Positions 14,101 to 28,400 of a DNA stretch of 64,000 nt are shown here, piece after piece. The translations under genes were made by a program, and so were the position numbers. Within the stretch, counting starts at the first letter, position 1, and every line of letters begins with the position of its first letter. Source of the stretch: Cycas panzhihuaensis (taxonomy: Eukaryota > Plantae > Cycadophyta); assembly GCA_023213395.1 (NCBI GenBank), contig CM041465.1, positions 106,461,741 to 106,525,740 on the forward strand. Direction: 5' to 3'. The notes beneath the pieces were generated by a model. It made no database searches. It was not told the origin of the DNA and saw nothing but the letters and a program-made list of their open reading frames with translations.

Positions 14101-15571
14101 TTTCCCTAAGTTCATGAAATTAAATTATTTTTTATTTTTTGTTAAGTTTTGTAGCCCCCAAGTGACTAGTAGGTGGTCATGTGGAGCCAACGATGTGACC
14201 AATCCCCAAATATAAAATATGCTAAAGTGAACTTTTAAAACCATAAGTTATAGTAGGAAGAGGACTCTAAGGGCTTTGAGATGGATGGTCACATGGACTT
14301 ATTTGATGAAGGTTTGATATAGTTTTTAACCATAGAAAATGACTTAAGTAAAAATTAACATGTTTTGTGAGTTTATTACTTGGGATTTTGAAGGCATATT
14401 AACACTTAATGTGGAAATTTGATGGTTATAACATGCATTGATAATGTTGATTGACTGATTTTTTAGTGAAAAAACATTTAAAAAGGAAGTAAGTTAGCTC
14501 ATTTCAAATAATTCAAGTGTTTCAAGCATTTAGTGCATTTTGAAGGATAACAAAACCTTTATTGGATGATGAAAAGAGAAAGATTTTATCATTTGGTTGT
14601 TGGACTTTTAATTGGAATGATGAAATAATCCTTTGATTAATTTATATATCTAATAGTAGAAAACAAAATAGGACACCACCTTGATTTATGATCACTTTGT
14701 TGTAATACCTTGATGAAATTTTCTTGGTGAAGATGTTGTATTTGAATCAATTGCAAGTTGTTCTTTAATGTGATGAAGTCAAAGATATTGTTGGTAATTT
14801 CTATCTCAAATTGATGGATTATATGGTTAAACGAGAAAACATCAATTCAATATATAAGAAATCACTAGCAATAAAATTTATATCCAAAAGACATCCTAGT
14901 AAGCAGTAAGTGTAGTGATTGATTATTGATGCAACTTGATAATGAATACAAACTATAAGGATGTTGCATGCTTGATTTCTTATATCAAAAAGTGTTGATC
15001 AACTATGATGAAGAAATTGTAAAGGAGTATGATTGGAAAAAGCTCTGAAATATGAAAGGTGAAGAAGTTCAACTATTATTTATACTTTTGCCTAAGGGCA
15101 CAAAGATAAAATAGGTATTTTATAGGTATATTAATGATTTTTGCTCATATCAAATGGAGTAAACTTGTAGGTGACTTTAGTTGTATAGGTGATGGTATAT
15201 GTACCAGCAATAAGGATAAACAAAAGAGATGTCACATTAATACATGATTACATTTATGATGCTTGAATGCTTTATTTTTTTATTATAGTTGAGATTACAC
15301 CAATTAAAATTTGTGTAATGAATTCATGACAATAGGATTGAAGATATTATGGCTACAGGATTTTTATGCTTTGTTAACATAATTGAATGTGGGTAAGATT
15401 ACATCACTTTATAATAACTAAAACCTTGTTGATTCCAAGTAATATGAAGGTAAATTTAGTTCAAGTATTAAAGAAGAATAAGCATAAATAGAAAAGACAC
15501 ATTAAGCATCTTGACAAGAAGATAAAATTGGAGATGTGATAAGAAAACACATATTAAACATTAAGGAGGAG
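11150..15571 (+). mobile_element. Very decayed Copia-like LTR retroelement sequence
   Basis: A weak RNase H-like remnant near 14810-14900 (LMDYMVKRENINSIYKKSLAIKFISK) and PPT-like tracts followed by TG at about 12934 (tgggggagttgtt) and 15562 (taaggaggagtgtc). No paired LTR found. Confidence 0.35.
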
Positions 15572-16135
15572 TGTCAAAAAGTAATGTTTAATATATGGTC
15601 AATTTATGAGGTCAACCTTTGGTGGTAATTTAATAGTGTCTAGTGATGTTATTATTGTAGTGAAGTCATTAGACATTAGGCATACTCTCTCAATTTGTGA
15701 TAGATGTGGGCAATATTAAAAGTTATAAAAACTCTTATTTAATTGGATGTTGCTAAGGTTCTCACACATGATGTCATTAGTGAATAATCAGTGTAACCTC
15801 ATTAGTTATTAATGAGGTGAAGTACTTCTATATAAAAGTATACCATATTCATTGTAACTCATGAAGACACCTAATGCTTTACCAATAGAACTTAGTATGA
15901 TCTCATTATACACTTCATTGAATATCTTTATTAATGAAATCTCATATATTTTTGTTAAAAATAATGTTTATCCCTATGTTTATAATTTATGTCACTTAAA
16001 TAATTAAGGGTTATGTGTCATTTCCCCTCTTTATGCACATAAGACACTTTTCATTCATGTAGAGGGTCTTCTCTTATATTTATGTACCTTATATTCAATG
16101 GAATGGTCATTAATCATTTTCTCATTTTATCTTCA
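15572..16135 (+). repeat. Probable LTR sequence (one or two abutting LTRs)
   Basis: Starts TG right after a PPT, has a TATA-like tatataaaag near 15829, and ends in ttca before the leader of the next Copia. No partner in the window. Confidence 0.4.
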
Positions 16136-16794
16136 TATTATTAGAATGGGTCTGAGGAATTCATAGAGAAGTTGAAGGGACCATCTATGGAGGCTTCAAT
16201 AAAAGAAGAGTTGATCCAAAAGAATGTGTACAAAACCATATGCATCTGTACGAACTAGTCCATATAGACTTATATAGACATATTTTTTTCAAAGTCATTA
16301 GTATTCAACCAAACTTTACTAGCAGGGGTGCCTCTTCAAGAGGATCATTCTGTCCCAAAGAATCAATCTCAATTTTTGAGTATAAAAGCAAGAAATCAAG
16401 AAAAAAGGAAGGGCCATTAAAAATCATCTAGAATAGATTTCCAAAAAAAAAAAAGAGTTGGGAGGCTAAACTAGACATCAATGAAAAGCTCTCGATGAAA
16501 TCTTTCTATTGGTACCAAATTTCATATAATTTTAGGTCTGTATGAAAACATACAAATAAAAGTTCAAAAAATCCCTAACTATAATTTAGAGCTTTAAAGG
16601 ATATTTTCTCACAAACTAGAGGTTTGATTAGAATTTCATATATAGATCTCAGATGATGTTGAAGAGAGCTTCAATTTAAATATATATTTTTAATTTTTTT
16701 ATGTACTAAATAAAGTCCATACAAATCAGTATGGCCATATGGACCTGTACCAAAAGCCTTTTTTTCTCATCTTTATTATTTCTTAATTTTCTTT

Positions 16795-19700
16795 ATGGCT
16801 TTAATATACTCTCTTCTTGAACAAGGAAAATTAACTAGAGACAATTGCAGTGCATGGAAAGGAAATTTTATGTAGTATTATTCTCCAAAGAAGCATAGGA
16901 GCAAGCTAAGAACATCCTTCCAAGATCAATTGGAGTTGATGAAGCCAAAGGATTTGATGAACATGTTCGCTATGCTCTTTTTGTAATCACTCTTTTTATT
17001 ATAGATTATGTATTACCTCATATAATCCAAGCTACAATTGCTTACAAAATTTGGAGTATTTTGTCCTCTCTATATACTTAAGAGAATATATTTAGGGTTC
17101 TCTTCTTAAAAGAAGAATTGTACAAATAAAAGAAAGGCTAAAAATAAAAGTGTCACTAGCTTTCTCACAAGATTAAAAAGTTTATATGAGAACCTAGGAC
17201 AAAGCAAAGGAAGAGCTCAAAGAAATGCATCTCCTAATTATGGACCTCAAAAGAATGTATTGCTTATCCCTAGATTCTCATTCCAGAGGATTATATATTT
17301 CTATTACATAAAAATGGGGCACTTTGCAAAATGTTGCAAGAATAGAAAAGTAAATATTACTCAAGGAAGATAGGTAACAACCAATTACAGTGGAGAAAAA
17401 GAATAAGAGGAAAGCAATGGTGAAGAAATAACATTTGTAACAACCCTATCTACCAAGATTTCATCTCAAAACAATTAGTACATAGAATCAAGAGCATCAA
17501 AGCACATGACTTCTTAGAAAAATTAGTTCAAAAAGATGGAGAAATATGATATCAGAGCAACTATTAAACTAAGAGACAACATCACGCATCCAATTCAAGG
17601 AGAAGGTATTATACCTATTAGAATAAATAGATAAGTTTAAAAACTTAGGAAAGAATTGAAGATACTTGGGATAAAAAAGAACTTATTGTCTATCTCACAG
17701 ATGATGAAGAGGAATTTCAAAGTAGTCTATGAGGGGGGAAACACCTAATTAAAATTAAGAATAAGGAAATTGTGGGATATGGAGTAGAAAAAAGTGGTAC
17801 ATATAAATTTGTTACATCTCTAATTATACATGTTTTCTCTACAAACTATACAGATAATAGTAAAATATGGCATTTAAGGTATAAACATCTCTTTTATTAT
17901 AACTTATCTCAATTAAAAACTCACAATATTATAAAGAACCTTCCTCTCATTACAAGACCTCAATTAATTTGTAAAGGATGTACACTTGCAAAGCAACATC
18001 AACAAAAATTTTATGCAAACCCCTGGTGATCTCAAAACAAACTTGAGCTTATCCACAGTGATATATATGACCCAATTACTCTAGTCTTAATAAGAGGAGC
18101 CAAATACTAAACATTTATAGATGATTGCATGAGGAAATTTTGAATCTACTTCCTCAAAAGCAAATACAAAGCATTTCAAATCTTTAAAGAATTCAAAGTT
18201 CAAGTTGAAAATGAAAGTGAAAGAAAAATCAAAACTCTAAGGATAAATAATAGAGGGGAATTCATCTCTAATGACTTTTACAAATATTGTAAAGCCCATG
18301 GAATTAAAAGACAACTCATCATAGCTTACACCCCTCAATCCAATAGGGTTACCAAACAAAAGAATAGAACCATTACCAAAATGGCTAGAGATCTCCTCAA
18401 AGGAAGTAATACTTCAAATAGATACTAGATAGATACTATCAAGACAATTTCTTACCTTCTTAGCAGGAGTCCTATTAAAGCTCTATAAGGAATAAATCTA
18501 GAAGAAGCTTGGATAGGTAGAAAATTAGACATCTCGCATCTTAAAATTTTTAGTCAAATAACCTTTGTTCATATCCTTAACCAAAAAATAAAAAAACTAG
18601 ATGACAATAGCCTAAAATGCATCCTTGTAGGCTACAATGAAAGATATAAGGCATATAGATGCTTAGATCTTAAAAATAATAAAATAATCATAAACAAAGA
18701 TGTTATATTTGATGAATCTCTATCTAAAATTTTAGCACATGATCCTAAACATTCTAATCCACACATGGTGGATAAAGAAGAAATGGTAAGATATTCCTAC
18801 TCTAAAGTGTCAATAAAAGAAGCTCAAACAAGCAATCAAGAAACCACAACAACTGACTAGGGTAGTCCAATAGATGAGCAACATAGTAAAGTAAGGAAAT
18901 AATCTGAATGGTATATTAAGACACTATAGGACTCCAAAATCTAAAATATTAAAGATTTAGAAAGAGGAAGGACTAGAAGTTAGAATCATGTCCAATACTC
19001 TCTCTTTTGTAATATTGACCCTATAACATATGAAAATAGTAGTGAAAATAAAAATTGGGTATAAACCATGGATAAGGAAATCAACATAATCTAAAGGAAT
19101 AATGCTTGGGATCTGGTTCAACTACTACATAATAAACCCATTATAAGATGTAAATGGGGCTTTAAAATAAAAGAAAAAGCAAATGGAACTATTGAAAAAC
19201 ACCAGGCTCAATTAGTTTCCCATGGGTATACCCAAATCAAAGGTATAAACTATGATGAGATTTTTTCTCCTATAGCAAAAATGATTATTATTAAAACTAT
19301 CCTAGGCATGACTGCACAACATGGATGGAAAGTATACCATATGAATGTTAAAGGAGCATTCCTAAATAGTGAACTATTAAAAGAGGTCTACATGGATCAA
19401 CCTCCTAGATAGATAAAAGATGGAAAAGATAACTTAGTATATAAATTAGAAAAGGCCATATATGGGCTAAAATAAGCACCAAAATCTCAGTATGACAAGA
19501 TAGACCAATATCTAAAATAATGTGGGTTTGTTAAATGTGAGACCAATGCAAGTTTTCACATACACAAAGCATTAGATAGAAAAGTGACTATAATTACTTT
19601 GTGTGTGGATGATCTCATCATCACTAGAGATAGCACAAAAAGAATATCAGAGATAAAACATATCCAAAGTATATTCTTTGATATGATAGATCTAGGACAA

Positions 19701-20249
19701 CTTCACTACTACCTAGGAATTGAGGTGAATCAATAGGAAGATAAAATCCTTTTATCACAAAACAGATATGCCAAAAGATCATTGATTGACTTCAACATGG
19801 AAGACTATAAACCAACAACTATACCAATGGAAACATGGAAAAAATCTACTACAGATAACAAAAGGGAACTGATAGATACAACCTTATATAGAAAGCTAGT
19901 AGGGAATCTTATTTATCTTATAACAACTAGACCTAATATTATATATGTTGTTGGAATAATCTCAAGATTTATGATATCTCCCAAGGAGATTCATTAGAAA
20001 ATTGCCAACAAAATACTTAGATACATCAATAGAATCCTTGATTTGGAGTTATAATATTCAAGAGCCCAAATAGTGAAACTAACTAGTTATATTGACTTTG
20101 ATTAGGCAAGAGAAGTCAAATATAGAAAATACACTACAAGGTATTGCTTCAACCTAAACACTAGAATAATCTCATGGCATAGAAAAAAGTAACTAACTAT
20201 TGTATTATCCTCAACAAAAGTTGAATACAATGCTACTATGAGCACTGCC
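16795..20249 (+). pseudogene. Ty1/Copia gag-pol (gag, protease, GAG-pre-integrase, integrase, RT, RNase H start), decayed
   Basis: GKLTRDNCSAWK, *YIESRASKHMT, IWHLRYKH..CKGCTLAKQ, LELIHSDI, YTPQSNRV, CVDDLII, YRKLVGNLIYLITTRPNI and LSSTKVEY, in Copia order. Cut at 20250 by element A. Confidence 0.92.
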
Positions 20250-21120
20250 TATTGGGGAAAAATCTAGTACGCATGATATTTTGGACCATTAAAACATAGG
20301 AATGTATGCTTGCTCTGACAAGAGGAATATAGGAACGCATCATTAGAAGGTCACATGTGGAAACATATGCCTAAAATCAGTGAAAAACATAAAAGAAAAT
20401 CCCCCAAGGAATAGATTACAGGATACATTCTCAAAATGAATGTACACGGACTAGAACACATACGAAATGCATAGAAGGGAATGCTTAGAATACATGCCCA
20501 AAATTAAACCATATGTCCTAGAGATGATGTCACCTATAAGCATATGTGCACATGGTCATACAGATAAAATAAGAAGTAATTAATGATTGTAATATAATCT
20601 TAAATGGAAAGGTATTATGAAAAAGAATGGTTGTGATCCTAAGTCATAACCATTCTCTTAAAAGGCATGTAATTAGGTATTTATTAGTGCTTTTCTACCG
20701 TTTTGGTGTGAGAGCCTAGTTATTCATTCCTATGGCATACTCTCAAGGGTGAGAGCCAAGTCATTCATTTCTGTGTCACCTACTCTAAGGACAAGATCTC
20801 AATATCAAAGCATATATGATGGTTTATAGCAAATGCATGTAGGATGCATCCATTTTCAGTGATGTAAAGACATTGATAGTAATATTGCTTAATAAAATAA
20901 AGAGTTATATGGAATCTTATATACTTTATACATGACAATTAATTGTATGAGGAATGTATATTGATTATTAATTGAGATAATGATATTATGATGATATTGT
21001 AATATTGTATTAACTATATGAGTAATCAAGTGATATAATCATATTGACCGACCCTAGTTAGACTACCAGTTAGTGATCTCTTGATAAGTATATTTTCATA
21101 AGAATAGTAAGAAGTTAACA
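20250..21120 (+). repeat. 5' LTR of Athila/Tat-like Gypsy element A
   Basis: Interrupts Copia RNase H. Termini tattgg...ttaaca (decayed TGTTGG...CCAACA), followed directly by a PBS. Confidence 0.7.
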
Positions 21121-21121
21121 T

Positions 21122-21134
21122 TGGTTATGTTGCC
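21122..21134 (+). other. PBS of element A (decayed tRNA-Glu type TGGTTCCGTTGCC)
   Basis: tggttatgttgcc lies 1 nt after the LTR end, with 2 mismatches to the complement of the plant tRNA-Glu 3' end. Confidence 0.55.
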
Positions 21135-23168
21135 TACATCCATTAAGGGGAGATTAGGTCAGGAGTTTTCATCAGTGAATTATACTCAAAGACTAAGGAA
21201 CCCTGGTTGTCATCATGATGGCAAGTAATAATTGAGCCTTAATGGCTAGGGGACCTTCCAATGCCACAAAAGAGGCCTTTGAAGGTAAGAGAGCCACCAA
21301 AAAGAACTTCACCTAAGGGATTAGTGGAATTAAGTAGACAAAGGGCTTTAAGATGGTCAAAAGAAACCTAATTAAGAAGGGCTAGGAGGTTAAGCCTCAA
21401 TAAGAGCAATGAGACTAAGGGACAGACCATTGAGGGATCTAAGGAAACTGAAATCCAGATACCCCAAGAACAAGAAATTAGAAGATGTGAGGAACAAATG
21501 GTTGTAACACCTTCCCCAATTATATTTAATATTATTAGCCCAAAAAATGAGGAAATTTGAAGGAAGAAATTTTAGAACAAAATAATATTTTTAAAAAAGA
21601 AAATAAAACCTTAAGAAAAGTGGAAGAAATAACTGTAGAATATTCTTTAAAGGACCTAAGCGATCAAAAAGAGAAGGCAAAGGATGGTTCCTCACCATAT
21701 TGGGAAAATAAATTAACAAGACATTTCTTTAGAGATTTACCAAATAAGGGATCTGAGCAATCATAATTAATAATGACACCATTAGCAATCTAGGTACTGA
21801 GAGTGTCTAAACCCATTCATTTATAAACACCTTTTCAAAATCTCTTATTTAGAAGGGATAGTGCTAGTGGAAATACACCAAGAATGCCACCTAAACCCAA
21901 AGTTGTGAAAAAAATAAAGTTATCCCCAAAAGGAGTAACTACATCCTCAGAGAAGGAAATTTCACCATTAGTGGGAGGGACACCAATGACATAAGGGAGT
22001 ATAAGAAGTTGATCTTTAATGGCACATCTAATGCTTCAAAACATATATATCTTTTTCAAAATTTGATAGATATAAAAAAAACTAATGATGAATAAGAGAT
22101 CAAAATAAGGTTTATATATACCTTAAGAGGAGTACCATTAACATGGTACAAAGAATTAGACAAAATAAAATCATGGGAAAATATAAAAAAATTATTTAAG
22201 GAGATATTTCAAAAATTTTGTAGTAATGAGGCTATTGAAATTGCATTAAAAGATATCAAGCAAAGACCTAATGAAATAATATTAACCTATATCAGTCATA
22301 TGAAAATAATTGTGGCTAGCATGACCAATGAAATAGTGGCAGACCATAATATGAAACATTATTATATTAGAGATCTAAATGAGAAACTAAAATCCATAAT
22401 GCATATGCACCCTTTGAAATCTTTCAAAAATGCCTAAGATCTAGCTTTGTATTTTAAGGGAAAGATGGATAACCAAATAGGAGGGCATGACCCATTGCTT
22501 CTTAAATTTATAAGAGGAACTTAGAGAATTGAAACAAAACCAATGTAATAAACATGTTTATGAGATAGATAAAACATAGAAAGAATTAGAAATCTAAAAT
22601 CCGAGAAGAGAAGTGGCATGATTGAAGTTAAAGAATAAAAAGAAAGAAGATTAGCAAAAATAAGAAAATGAACGAATTTAAAATTAAAAAATGGTGCCAC
22701 ATCTGTGAAGAGGACTCCCATTCTACAAAAGAATGCAAGTTGAATTCCAAAAATAGTACAATAAGTAAATAAGACATGTGGTATCATATTTTTAATATAG
22801 ACAACCATAACACTAAGGATTGTTATTTCAACTTGAGGGATAAGAGCTATAAAGACCGAGGAAGAGGAAGAGGAACTGACTAAATAAGACACCTATATAC
22901 TACCAAGAGTACACTAAAATCATTAAAGAAGAAACCACCAATGGGAAAATATTTGATATGCCTAGAGTTTGGCTATTAGAAGTCAAAATACTTGATAATT
23001 AGGGCATATAAACAATATCTATTTGTGTGTAAGGATTATGGTACCAGATCTCACAAAATAAAAAAATGTTAAGGAAAAGTAAAAGTGATAAATTTAATAA
23101 CCAAAATCACTAAGAATAGTAAAAATTTTAAACTATAAACTAAAAGCATATAGAAGGGAAAGCAAAAA

Positions 23169-23466
23169 TAAAAAGGGTTAATGCCACAAGGTCATTACAT
23201 TAGTTGATTATTTCTAAAAAAGAGTCTTAAGTGAACTTTAAATTAGATCACTTAAGTGAAATGCACTTTCATATGTATTATGTGTAATTTCATTTCACCT
23301 AACTCTAATGCTCTCCCTCTCAATATAAAAGTAAAAGCTCAATGGAGGAGTTTTATTCTTACCTCCCCATTTTATGAGAGCTACTCTTTTCTCACAAGTC
23401 TTTCTTGCTCCCATGTTTTCCTTTGTGTTTAGTGCACGGAGATGAAGGATAGATCCACTCTTTTCA
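23169..23466 (+). repeat. 5' LTR of Copia B1
   Basis: Matches 30459-30757; TG is mutated to TA. Confidence 0.93.
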
Positions 23467-25482
23467 TGTGGTATCAGAGTTTGCTTCCTTCATATTTCTC
23501 ACTTGTACTTGCAATGGATCCATCACTTCCTTCTCCCCCACAATCCATGTGGTGAAGGAGATTGTGAAAGTGGATTTAGAAATATTTTCAAGTTTTTATC
23601 ATAGCATATTTAATATTGTTTGCTTTCTATTTCTCTTTTATAGATTTGGAAGCACAATACAAGGAGTTGTAAGGCCCAAGGATTCTAATCCTTTAGCAGC
23701 CATTTATGCTATCTCATTCTTCTTTTCTTTTTCCTTTTTTTATCCATTTAAAAAGGGGAAATACTGCCAAAAATTTTTTAACTTTTAGAAGAATAATTGT
23801 AATGGGAGGTTCTACCCACTTTTTTTAAAAGAATTTAGATCCATTTAAAATATCCATCATTGTATGATCTTACCTTGCCCATATTGGGATCTTGGTGATC
23901 AAAAAATGATAGAAATTTCATATGATATCATGTGTTAATCAGATATTAGCAAGCTAAAATTTCCACAGAAAAAATTTTCTTAATAAATAGGTCTGTAAAA
24001 TCTTCTACAGAGCTCCAATTGACCTTATTCTAATTGTCAAAGATGAAGCTCTAATTCTAGTTTCCATCACAAAAATTGGCACCCAATTTCATTGTCGTAT
24101 AAGAGAGTTATTGTTATTTTAGTGAACAACAATTATTTTTAGTAAGAATTTTAAAAATATATATTCTCTTAACATTGCAGGACTGCCAAAATATTTTTAA
24201 AACTCAATTGGACCTTATTCTATTTTTTAAAGATGAAGCTCTAAGTCTAGTTTGCAACACAAAAATTGGCACTCAATTTCATTATTGTAGGAGAAAGCTA
24301 TTACTAATTTAGTGAAGACTACTTTTTTTTTTAATTTAAAAAAAAAAAATGGGAAGAAATTTTCTTCCTTCTTTTTATAAGGCTTAAAAGCCCATTGTAA
24401 AAGTGAATAGAAAAACACCTGGATTATAGTAATATCCAGTGTCCTCACTCACTTATCAGCATTATAGTTAACACTCCAAAATCACTTCAAATAAGTACTC
24501 TAAAGACACTCCAAGCAAGCATTCTATTTTTCAGTTATATGTATATTTGATACAAATTCGATAATATTTTCATTCTTCTTAAAAAGAATGCATCACGTAC
24601 ATTATTTTCTACCATCTTATACCTATTTACATACTCACCAAGGTTGAGATACCTTAGTTAGTAGAATGTCATGCCATAAAAGAGGTGTGGGTCTCAGGTT
24701 AAGACTAGACTAAATCGAAATATTAGTAAGGTTTGGTTAGTTATACCATCATGCCTCAATTAGGGATCATCCTAATAACCAATTAGAAAAACTAAAATTT
24801 TAAATACAAGATTAAAATATACCTAATCCAATATCTTTTATAGCCATGGGTATGCATGTTCCACTCTTTAGAAGAGGTATGTAGCTACTCATTAGTGAAT
24901 TGGGTGAGGATTTGGAGTACTTGGGCTCTGTTGTGACTTAGATTTCATCACGAAGCACAATTGTAGGTATCACAAGTGAAGGTTAACTTAATTCTATTAG
25001 AAGCCTAGGCATTCCTTCAATAACCTCAACTACATGTTGCACACAAGTTAGAGGTTATTAGGTTGATTATGTATCCTATATTTGAGTTTTAAGTTGTGTA
25101 CACCCAATGATGTCAACTTCTATATTATCCTATAATATTGTATATTAATCACTTACTTATTTATAAAAAGTGATCCATAGTGTAATCATAATCATAACAC
25201 TTTTTGCATTCTTGTTGCATCAAGTTAATATTTACCACAAGTGTTAGTGGCTAATTTTTATCATAGTGCTTCTCATATTCCTACTACGTCAACTTAATAT
25301 TTGTCACAAGTGTTGGTGACATTTCTCTAAGTTGATCCCTTCATCTTTAAGCAACTATTCTCACTTCTTCTTCCTTTTGCTATACTACTTTATTGTATCT
25401 CCTATTTTTAAACAGTGATTGGTCATTTATTACCATCACTTTTATAGTCCCTTGTTCATTTCTTTCCTTCTCAAAAGATATC

Positions 25483-28400
25483 ATGTCTTCACAGTTTAAG
25501 CAAAATATGAATTGCATTCTTAAAAGGAAAGAAAATTAGGACATGTTATTTACTAGTGTTAAAAATACTACAAAGTATGAAGATCTTTGGAGAGATCACT
25601 TATAACCTACACCATTTATTATAGATATAGCTACCTCAGCTACTTTTGGAGGAGGTCCTCCAACTACTCCTACTGAAGCTATAACTAAATGCCAATTGGA
25701 ACTTGATGATAATAAAATCCATGTAGGGATAGTTCTTGTCACTTCTTATTCCCTACATAATCTTATTGATGAAACTGTACATGATATAACATGGAAAGTT
25801 CTTGAAGTTCTTAAGAAGAACTTTGATACTAAATTAGACTTATAATTTATTCACTTAGTGCTGAAGATGAACAAATTGAAAATATAGAAAGGACACACAA
25901 ATGAGACAATCAATCTCCTTTATCTAATCAAGAAATCCATTGATAAAGATTTCAAAACTCAATATACTACATGGGTTTTCTTGATTTAGTCATGTCTCCA
26001 TATCCTAGATTACAAAAATCTACTGGGATGTCTTCAATTTAGTAGCACCTTGAAGCCCTAAACTTTGAGGATCTTGTTGATAAGTTCATTGAATTTAATA
26101 AGACCTTTAATACCAGCTTTGTCACTATATCTGATCCAACTAATGCTGCTTTTCAAGTGGAAGAAGATCTTCATTATACCACAAATCAAAGTCAATACTC
26201 TCACAAAGGTGGTAATTCTCATGGAAGAGGAAAAGGTAGACAATAAGGGCAATGTCCTCTTGGTCAATAGGCTCCTCAACTTCAACAAAAAAAGTCTCAA
26301 GACCAAGGCTAAAATAATCAACCTGGACCTAGATCTAGTAATCAGAGATAATCCAACTAGCCCAATACTTTTTATGCGACTGGAAAATAAATAATTATAT
26401 GCTAAAGGTATAGTAAAAAAGGACATTATGCCAAAAATTACAGAACTACCACCAATAAACTACTAATCTATCAACAACACCATGGTGCACATAATGTTGA
26501 TAATACTTCTTTTAAATATGCTTTTGGTAGAATGTAATTTTCTCATGTATACCTTCAAAGAATTAGGACCACTTTATTAAATATTGTTGATAGATCCACT
26601 AAGTATATTGAGGCTTATTGTGGTTATGCTTATTCACTTTTTCCTTCACTACTTGGAGTTACAAATAATGCCACCTTAAATACTTCATCATAGATCATGG
26701 ATGCTAGAGCAACATAACACATGACTTATCATCACCAGTTCTTTTAGGATTTTAACTCTGAAGTTTGTGGTGTTATACACATGGTTGAAAAATCATCTTA
26801 GTTAGTCAAAGGACTTGGAACTATTTGTCTAAAACTCCCAAGCCTTCCAAATTTTACCCTTATTGATGTTTTATATATTCCTGCTCTAAAGTAGAACTTG
26901 CTCTCCTTGTCTACCCTTGTCTCTTGTGGTTTCGATCTGAGTGTAACTACAAATAATCAAACTCTATGTGTCATTCACACTCCTTCAAATGATGTGGTTA
27001 TGATCAAAATTCTTTATGGAAAGCTTTTTTGCCTAATTGGCTCACCATCCTCTGAAGCTAACCATGTTGATGATGACTCTACTTTTACCACAACCCTGGC
27101 TCCTCAAATATTGTCCTAAGTGGCCCTATGGTATGCTCATATGGGCCATATCAAAATTGATCATTTAAGAGAACTCTTCCTGGTATGCCTAGGCTCTCCT
27201 TTAAGCCCTTCAAATGTGAAGCATGTATCATTTCCAAATCTCAAAGATAACCCTTTCCTCATAGTCAGTGAAAATCTATCCAACCTTTGCAGCTTGTACA
27301 CTTAGATATATGTGGTCCTATACCCATCCCTTCTCTTAAATAGAAGTAGTACTAGATTACTTTCATTAATAATTTTACTAATAAATTATGGGTTACTTCT
27401 ATAGAAAGAAAGATGAAGCTTTTCCTATGTTTTAAGCTTTCAAGGCCTATGTGAAAAATGAATCTAGATTCAAGATCAAAACACTCAAGACTAACAATGG
27501 TGGTGAGTACACATTTAATGAGTTTGAATCCTAGCTACATCAGCATGGAATCAAACATTAAACCACTATTGTAAGTACACCTTAACAAAATGGAGTTGTC
27601 AAGCATATGAATAGGACCATCATGAACATGGATCATGCTATGCTAGTATATAAGAACATCCATATCTATCTTTAGATTGAGGCTATTTGGATTGCTGTGT
27701 ATTGCATCAACACTACTAGTCCCTCTAAGCTTGACCCTTTTCTACATGAAATATAGTATGGACAAACCCCCTCTATCTCCCACTTTAAACTTTTTGGCTC
27801 TACTTGTTATGCTCACATTCTAGAGGAACAAGAAAGAAGCTCCAAGATAGAGCCCTCAAAGGTATCTTTATTAGATACTCTATGGACAAAAAGGGGTACA
27901 AGGTTTTTATACCTTCACAATGCAAAATTATCATCACTAGAGATGTTATCTTTGCAAAGATTGAAGATCAATTACTTAGATTTGACTCCAAGATACCTTC
28001 ATACTGATTTAATGATACTACTAAATTTGATATCCATGTTCCAAATTTTAGGGGGGAAGATACTCAACAGTTGCTAAAAATCTTAGAATTTGATAATAAA
28101 GCCCTAGAGGATACAATCTATGTCTTCTAACCAATGTGTACATATCTAGCACCATCATTTGTAAATAATCAAGTTGACAAAGGCAAAGCCATAGAACAAG
28201 GACCATCTTCTTTAACATTAGTGGCTAGCCCATCTTCTCTAGCATTATCAACTTCCTGTGTGTTAAACATTTTACATTATCCTTTTTAGGATCAAAACGA
28301 AGACCAAGAGGCTGTGGAAATAAAAACTTCATTCCCAACTCAAGGTTTTCATAAAGCCTACTAGCTACACAAAGATATGCAACTAGATGAGGTAGGCAAA

